NCBI GenBank assembly: GCA_022823725.1
Contig: JAJEHL010000024.1
Span: 53,767-117,766 of the forward strand
Direction of reading: 5' to 3'
Source: Candidatus Latescibacterota bacterium
GTDB taxonomy: Bacteria; Latescibacterota; UBA2968
Length of the DNA: 64,000 nt
The notes under the pieces were generated by a model. The model was not told the DNA's origin. It ran no database searches and worked only from the letters and a program-made list of their open reading frames with translations. Numbering within the stretch: position 1 is the first letter of the stretch; each line of letters starts with the position of its first letter. The position numbers were made by a program, and so were the translations under genes. Positions 58,078-64,000 of this stretch are shown here, one piece after another.

Positions 58078-58800
58078 TCAATCCCGAGTCTCACCTTCCA
58101 CCCCATCAATTTCTCGAACACGCGCGGCATATTGACCGCCCTCAAACGGGGTGCTCAGCCACGTCGCAACAATCTCTTTCGCCACGGTATCCCCCACCAC
58201 GCCGACACCGAGACACAAAATATTGGCATCCACATGAGCGCGGGCAAATTTCGCCGATGTCACATCGTGACACGAAACAGCGCGAATCCCTTTTATTTTA
58301 TTGGCAACGAGAGCAGCCCCCGTACCTCCCCCATCAACCACAATACCCGTCAACAAATTCTTCTCCAGAACAACATCAGCCACCGTTTTTGCCACACCGA
58401 CATAAGATGCCTCTTGCGGACTGTGTACCCCACAATCCATCACCTCTCGCCCGGCATCTTGCAACATAAGCACAATCTGTTTCTTCAGTTCAAATCCCTT
58501 GTGGTCCGCACCAATAGCCACAACACTCGATTTCTGAGACTCTTGAACCACCGCCTCATCATCAGCCACGACCAGACGCACCTTCTGCTGCCGTATCAGA
58601 TCCCGCGCCAACGGCGTCACAATCGCGTTGGGCGTCACATAAACCGCATCGCCACCGCGATTGATTGCAGATTTGACCAGATCTTCCGTCACCAAACTCA
58701 CTGGCGGGTCAATCGGCGCAGATACCGCGCGCCCCTCCAACGCCTTCAACCGCCGCACAACTTCGGCAACAATCCGCTGTATTAATTTTTCATCTGGCAT
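58078..58800 (-). CDS. RpiB/LacAB family isomerase with N-terminal BMC encapsulation peptide and EutQ/PduM-like segment
   Basis: LIQRIVAEVVRRL, VTPLARD, GADHKG, DGGGTG..ANK, FEGG. Confidence 0.8.
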   Translation of the reverse strand: MPDEKLIQRIVAEVVRRLKALEGRAVSAPIDPPVSLVTEDLVKSAINRGGDAVYVTPNAIVTPLARDLIRQQKVRLVVADDEAVVQESQKSSVVAIGADHKGFELKKQIVLMLQDAGREVMDCGVHSPQEASYVGVAKTVADVVLEKNLLTGIVVDGGGTGAALVANKIKGIRAVSCHDVTSAKFARAHVDANILCLGVGVVGDTVAKEIVATWLSTPFEGGQYAARVREIDGVEGETRD

Positions 58801-58805
58801 AACAA

Positions 58806-58840
58806 GAGGCTGGAGACTGGGGGCTAGGGACTGGTAGGTT
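58806..58840 (+). repeat. Imperfect heptamer tandem repeat (GRGRCTR)
   Basis: GAGGCTG GAGACTG GGGGCTA GGGACTG GTAGGTT. Confidence 0.6.
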
Positions 58841-58944
58841 GAGTGGTTGGACTGACCGCTGAAACATAGATGTTCAATGGCGGGATGTCAAGAGGAATGC
58901 CCTGATATTCAGATACTTATAAATCAAAGAATTAAAAATTGCGC

Positions 58945-58973
58945 TTGACACTGATATTCACTTCCAGTAGATT
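58945..58973 (+). promoter_or_regulatory. Sigma-70 promoter of tRNA-Asn
   Basis: TTGACA-N17-TAGATT with AT-rich UP element. Confidence 0.7.
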
Positions 58974-58997
58974 TCATCGCTATTGGAAATATGACGT

Positions 58998-59073
58998 TCC
59001 GGCGTAGCTCAGCTGGCAGAGCAAGTGGCTGTTAACCACTGGGTCGTAGGTTCGAGTCCTACCGCCGGAGCCA
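58998..59073 (+). tRNA. tRNA-Asn(GTT)
   Basis: TCCGGCG/CGCCGGA acceptor, GTGG-CTGTTAA-CCAC arm, GCCA end. Confidence 0.97.
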
Positions 59074-59103
59074 TGAACATTAACATGTTGTTTTAAAAAA
59101 TTT

Positions 59104-59136
59104 AAAAGGCTGCGAAAATATTCGCAGCCTTTTTTT
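59104..59136 (+). terminator. Terminator after tRNA-Asn
   Basis: AAAAGGCTGCGAA-N4-TTCGCAGCCTTTTTTT. Confidence 0.85.
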
Positions 59137-59196
59137 GTTTGTGACCTGAATCTTGCCCACTCTCTCATCCCCAATTGCCTAAAAACGGTACTCCCC

Positions 59197-59370
<174 letters not shown>

Positions 59371-59428
59371 TTATCCTCTTGTAGGAGAATGTTTGATTAG
59401 TCAGAGATTTCCCCAACCCGCTAAAAAG

Positions 59429-61483
59429 CTACTGATCCAGCCTGTCTAACATATATTCGTCTGGGTTTGGAATGTCTTCCCACTTTCGTGCATCGCTTCG
59501 TTCGCTGACGACGGGAAGGACACTCATTCGCAGGTGCGCGCATCCCATTGGGATCATATCGATGCTCTCCTGGGGTTCGGAAGACTTTACTGGGCTTTCA
59601 CGAAGAGAGTCGACCGTATGTTTAATCTGAGTCTGCCATTCAGGGATCCTCTTAGCAGGCACTTTTAGCACAATTGGGGCCGCACTTTCCTGCCAGGGCT
59701 GATCCGGTATTCTATCTGAGACGGATACTGTTACCGAATCAGATAGATCATTCGGATCGACTTCCAATCCGTAGTTCCATTGAGAGGCAGGTTTGATTGA
59801 TTGACGAGGCCAGTCATCAGGTCCCCCTGATTCCCTCGTCCAGTCTTCCTTGATCCGAACTGAGTAACTGAGCGGGCCTCGATCAATCGTGATCGCGCCA
59901 CTTCTTGGCCACGTCGTTGCTGAGACTTCGGCGGCAAATTGGATTTGGACAACATCGCCGCTCTGCCACTCTCTTTCAATCCGGATCATCTTACCTTCAC
60001 TAGCTTCGAATTTGGCCTTTTCATCTCCAATGCGAATCTCAGTTCCATGACTCCAGCCCGGTATTCGGCAGTAGAGTGGGAACCGAACAGGATTGTCCAC
60101 GTCGATCACTAATGAAACAGATTCGCCAAATGGGTAACTCGTATTGGATTGGATACGTACAGTATGTCCTGATTCCCCTACCTTTGCAGTAACTGTATTG
60201 GGACTATAGAGCCAGGCGATCAGTCCGTTGTCAGGCGTGGCAAACCAGAGATGTCGAACAAATGAGGGCCACGCCTGTGCGGTATTGTGCTGACAACATC
60301 TGTGGGAATCGGCTGTGAATACAGGATGCTGCCCGCTGTTCTTGAAGTCCATTTCAGCGACCGAAAGCGGCATATTCGATGCAGTCAAATACCTCAAAGA
60401 CCTGTGATCTGGCGCGTGCGAAGCTGGCAAATGGTTGAACGTGATATCTTCGATACGGTCCGCATACCCGGAATCTCCGGTGATCTCAGATAGGATATAG
60501 TGGCTCTTGTTCAACTCGCTCAAAGAGCACGTCTCGATGCCCTGTCGTGGATCGATTTTGCCCATTCTTATGCGCTCATCCGCCGCATGTGCTCCCCTCG
60601 GCATTTGCCCCCATGTTTTCATGAACCCATCGTAGAATAGCTCAGACATTCGCAAGTATCGTTCGTCACCAACAACAGGAAACATCTGAGCGGGATAGCG
60701 AAATCGCTGAGAGAAGTGAACGGTATGGTTGTCCAGCCACTGGTTCATGGCTGGCTGTGTTCGGTGATATACCTTGATGGCCAAATCCAGCAGCCATCGG
60801 TCACCGGTCTGGTTATACAACCAGAAGATATGCGGCATCAGATCTCCCGCACGCTTGATTTGAATCCGAGGCTTCCAATCGCCAAAGTGTTCGCGGTAGT
60901 TCTCGTAGTAATCCCAGGACATCTGGGGTAAAAACTGATGGTCGGGCAACTCGGAGCAAAAGGTGAAGAAGCGAGTCAACAGCGAGAGAATCCTGTCGTC
61001 TCCAGTCGCTTCGTAGTGGCTGATCAATGCATCGTTCATAACAGCATGAGGCCAGATATCCACAATCTCCTGCCCTCCCACGCCCTTGAGTAGACGGTTG
61101 TGGTCGCTACCATAGTACCCATCCTCCCGCTGGGAAACGATCACACTCTCAATCCAGCGATTTGCAGTCTCTTGAAGTCGCGGTTGGCCCGTAAGAACAG
61201 ACAAGTCATAGTATCCTCGCAGCCAGTATGGTGCTTCTTCCCAACCAGCTTCCGGCCCGCCGAGCCACCCGCTATCCGCATTGAGAAATTTACTTAGCTC
61301 ATCGAGGCGGCCCACTTGTCCGTCTGCCATGAGATCCAACTGAGTAGCCAACCACCCCACAGCCTTTACGGCACCCAAAGGCAATCGAATGATGGGGCTG
61401 GGCTTCAAAGGGGTTTGATTACCGGCATAATGTCGATTCTTACCAGAACAATCGGGTTGTTCAACGAGGTTGATCTTGGTCAT
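59429..61483 (-). CDS. GH127/GH146-like beta-L-arabinofuranosidase family protein
   Basis: GWEEAPYWLRG, IETC, CCQHN motif, YPF...RIPGW. Confidence 0.85.
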   Translation of the reverse strand: MTKINLVEQPDCSGKNRHYAGNQTPLKPSPIIRLPLGAVKAVGWLATQLDLMADGQVGRLDELSKFLNADSGWLGGPEAGWEEAPYWLRGYYDLSVLTGQPRLQETANRWIESVIVSQREDGYYGSDHNRLLKGVGGQEIVDIWPHAVMNDALISHYEATGDDRILSLLTRFFTFCSELPDHQFLPQMSWDYYENYREHFGDWKPRIQIKRAGDLMPHIFWLYNQTGDRWLLDLAIKVYHRTQPAMNQWLDNHTVHFSQRFRYPAQMFPVVGDERYLRMSELFYDGFMKTWGQMPRGAHAADERIRMGKIDPRQGIETCSLSELNKSHYILSEITGDSGYADRIEDITFNHLPASHAPDHRSLRYLTASNMPLSVAEMDFKNSGQHPVFTADSHRCCQHNTAQAWPSFVRHLWFATPDNGLIAWLYSPNTVTAKVGESGHTVRIQSNTSYPFGESVSLVIDVDNPVRFPLYCRIPGWSHGTEIRIGDEKAKFEASEGKMIRIEREWQSGDVVQIQFAAEVSATTWPRSGAITIDRGPLSYSVRIKEDWTRESGGPDDWPRQSIKPASQWNYGLEVDPNDLSDSVTVSVSDRIPDQPWQESAAPIVLKVPAKRIPEWQTQIKHTVDSLRESPVKSSEPQESIDMIPMGCAHLRMSVLPVVSERSDARKWEDIPNPDEYMLDRLDQ

Positions 61484-61761
61484 TCCAGCACCTTCCTTTC
61501 ACTTCACTTGTTTTCTTGTCCAATTCCGTCAAGACGTAAATGTTGCTTGACTATTCACAATTGGACATTACAAAACTGAGATACATACACATGATACGAA
61601 AAGGAGTACTGAGACAGAATGCGCCAAAAAGCCCTAAACCTTTGCGAAAAAGTCATGACGATTCTAAAACCTTCAAATAACAATTGGATTTTGAGACCAT
61701 TTTTTAATACCATGTCGTGTATAACCCCCTTTTACGCCACCAAAACCAGCACAGGAATAGA

Positions 61762-62616
61762 ATGCCTAGAAATATCCTAAACCTTCGTAAAAAAACCCTT
61801 ATTGGCCTGAACACACGAGAAGAGCTGGTTTCTTCGCAACAATGTAGCAGTCTGGACCATTATGGGATGCGTGTTGTTGGCAAATTAGAGGCAGATGAAA
61901 CGTATGAAATTGTGCGAGAAGACGCAGACCGCAGCCGGGTGCTGGTCTGTTGGGCAGGTAAAGGTGAGGTTTTGATCGACAATGAGTGGCAGAGCTGTGG
62001 CCCAGGTTGGGCTTATTTAACTCCGCACAGGACTGTGCAAGCCTATCATTCGAGTTCAAAAGATCCGTGGGAGTTTTGCTGGGTGTATTACGGAGGGGAA
62101 GAAGAAAACAACCCACTCAAAAGTATGGAGCGTCCTCAATTGACACGTGTGGACCCACAGGCAATTAAACAAGCAGTAGAAGGACTTTTGCACGAGGCGC
62201 ATCATCTCAGCGATGATGGGATACAGAAACAATGGGTAGATTTAATTCATACACAGGTGATACGCATCGTTACAGGTCACGCACAAGATAACAGACTGGT
62301 TGAAACCTGGGGGTTAGTGCAAAAAGATCTGACACAAAACTGGACATTAGAAACCCTCTCTGCACACGCAAATCTGGGCAAAAAACAATTTTACCGATTG
62401 TGTGTGCAAACCTATGGCATGACGCCAACAAAACGGCTTGCTGCATTGCGCATGAGACGTGCTGAAGCGTTGTTGGGCTATACACAGGACACGATCAAAT
62501 CGATTTGCTATCGTGTAGGATATGAAGATCCGTTTGCTTTTAGCACCGCCTTTAAAAGGGTTATCGGTGTCTCTCCATCGGAATATAGGAAAGAGCTTGC
62601 ACACGGAGACGATTGA
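61762..62616 (+). CDS. AraC family transcriptional regulator
   Basis: C-terminal VGYEDPFAFSTAFKRVIGVSPSEYR. Confidence 0.92.
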   Translation: MPRNILNLRKKTLIGLNTREELVSSQQCSSLDHYGMRVVGKLEADETYEIVREDADRSRVLVCWAGKGEVLIDNEWQSCGPGWAYLTPHRTVQAYHSSSKDPWEFCWVYYGGEEENNPLKSMERPQLTRVDPQAIKQAVEGLLHEAHHLSDDGIQKQWVDLIHTQVIRIVTGHAQDNRLVETWGLVQKDLTQNWTLETLSAHANLGKKQFYRLCVQTYGMTPTKRLAALRMRRAEALLGYTQDTIKSICYRVGYEDPFAFSTAFKRVIGVSPSEYRKELAHGDD

Positions 62617-62673
62617 TTGGTATTCTTCCTGGTGAATTTCCTTAAACCGCTCTAACACGTCGGAAATGCCATC

Positions 62674-63999
62674 TCAGAGCCCCTTCTCCAAATCTGCTTG
62701 ACATGCCGCTTCAGCCTCTTCGGGATCACGTTTCAATTCTTGCGCCAACAATGCGTGCAATTGCTCAATGCGATCAGCCTGCCCAGGATCATCTGCCAGA
62801 TTGTGAAACTCACCAGGATCATCATCCAGATTATACAATTCGCGTTCAGGTCCATGTTCCTCATCAAAGCGACAATGATACACATACTTCCAAGGTCCCT
62901 GGCGAATCATTTGAAAACCTGATACGACGCCGTGCGCATAATACTCGCTCACCGCGATATCACGCCATTCTGCATTATCATCATCCAGATAATTCATAAA
63001 AGACGCACCATCCCAGTCCTCTGAAGACTCAAGACCACACAGCTCACCAATTGTCTGAGCAAGATCAACCAGAGAACAGGCCTTTGATCGCCGTTGTCCA
63101 CCAGCCCATCGTTTGGGATAATGCACGATCAAGGGCATACGCGCAGCGTGCTCATACATATTGTTCTTCCACCACAGCCCGTGATCACCTTTATTCTTAC
63201 CATGATCCGAGCAATAAATCACAATAGTATTGTCCGCCACTTCAGAATCGCCCAACGCGCCAATCAGCTTACCCACTTCATCATCTAACCATTGCACAAA
63301 TCCCCAATAAAGTTCACGTCCAAGTTTGGTCTCTTCTGGTGTCGCTTTGTCCGCACCAAAGCCTGCACGCAGATGCTTGTAATTCGTCGGTAACGTATCC
63401 AGAAAACCTTCAGGAATCTCAGGCATCGGCACTTTGTCTTTATACGGTGTGTAATATTCTTCAGGAATGGTCAGCGGAAAGTGCGGTGCAAGATAACCTG
63501 CCAATAAGAAGAAAGGCTTGTCATCTGCCTTTCGATTCTGCAAAAAAGTACTACACTCAGCCGTCACTTTGCGATCATGTCGCAAAATACCGGTCTCATT
63601 CCCCGTCTTAAACTTGGCCACTCGCCCTGCCCAAGTGCGTTGTCCAGACTCACTGATATCATCATACCCTCGCCGTATCTCTTTACCACCATTGTTGCCG
63701 CCTCCATTTTTGGTGCCTCCTTTTTTCTTATTGGAAGGATACACCTCCTTAAATCCATACAGACGATCAGGACCAAAATGCATTTTCCCACCCAACCAGC
63801 TTTCATACCCTGCGGCATTCAAAGAATGGCTAAGCGAGGAATAATCATCTGACTCCAATTTCCAGCCATTTGCCCAAACTCCGCATCGGCTCACGTATTG
63901 CACAGCGGTAAAACTCGCTCGCGAAGGCGCACACAAGGGCGAGCTTGTATAAGCAGCATCAAATGTAATGCCTTCATTGGCCAAGCGATCAAAATTAGG
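62674..63999 (-). CDS. Cys-type sulfatase (choline-sulfatase-like), 5' end outside the window
   Basis: PNFDRLA, CAPSR, GKMH, SDHG. Confidence 0.88.
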   Translation of the reverse strand, partial: PNFDRLANEGITFDAAYTSSPLCAPSRASFTAVQYVSRCGVWANGWKLESDDYSSLSHSLNAAGYESWLGGKMHFGPDRLYGFKEVYPSNKKKGGTKNGGGNNGGKEIRRGYDDISESGQRTWAGRVAKFKTGNETGILRHDRKVTAECSTFLQNRKADDKPFFLLAGYLAPHFPLTIPEEYYTPYKDKVPMPEIPEGFLDTLPTNYKHLRAGFGADKATPEETKLGRELYWGFVQWLDDEVGKLIGALGDSEVADNTIVIYCSDHGKNKGDHGLWWKNNMYEHAARMPLIVHYPKRWAGGQRRSKACSLVDLAQTIGELCGLESSEDWDGASFMNYLDDDNAEWRDIAVSEYYAHGVVSGFQMIRQGPWKYVYHCRFDEEHGPERELYNLDDDPGEFHNLADDPGQADRIEQLHALLAQELKRDPEEAEAACQADLEKGL

Positions 64000-64000
64000 C

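Overview
Bacterial chromosome segment from a diderm, probably FCB-superphylum organism. The lineage (Latescibacterota/Gemmatimonadota-like, possibly a marine or sponge symbiont) is my inference from the PhyH, sulfatase and DUF6785 content and the NHL/TPR repeat proteins. The core backbone holds dnaK, sucC, fhs, an NtrY/X-like two-component system, metK, ptsI/ptsH, GGGPS, alaS, recX/recA, pgpA/pgsA, recR-ybaB-dnaX, a large SRP RNA, tadA and four tRNAs, interleaved with sugar-acid and sulfated-glycan catabolic genes. Four accessory insertions stand out. (1) A RelE/HigB toxin plus an antitoxin-TPR chimera, flanked by a 71-bp duplication of the sucC 3' end. (2) A stack of intact and truncated toxin-antitoxin cassettes, punctuated by a recurring junction motif and a repeated promoter-like leader, lying between an XPB-like helicase and its DUF790/Bax1 nuclease. 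(3) A 14-repeat beta-propeller/CARDB surface protein between recA and recX. (4) A glycan-catabolism region after tRNA-Asn that includes an internally deleted sulfatase. No CRISPR array, integrase or transposase was recognised. All family assignments come from motif recognition by eye, not from database searches.
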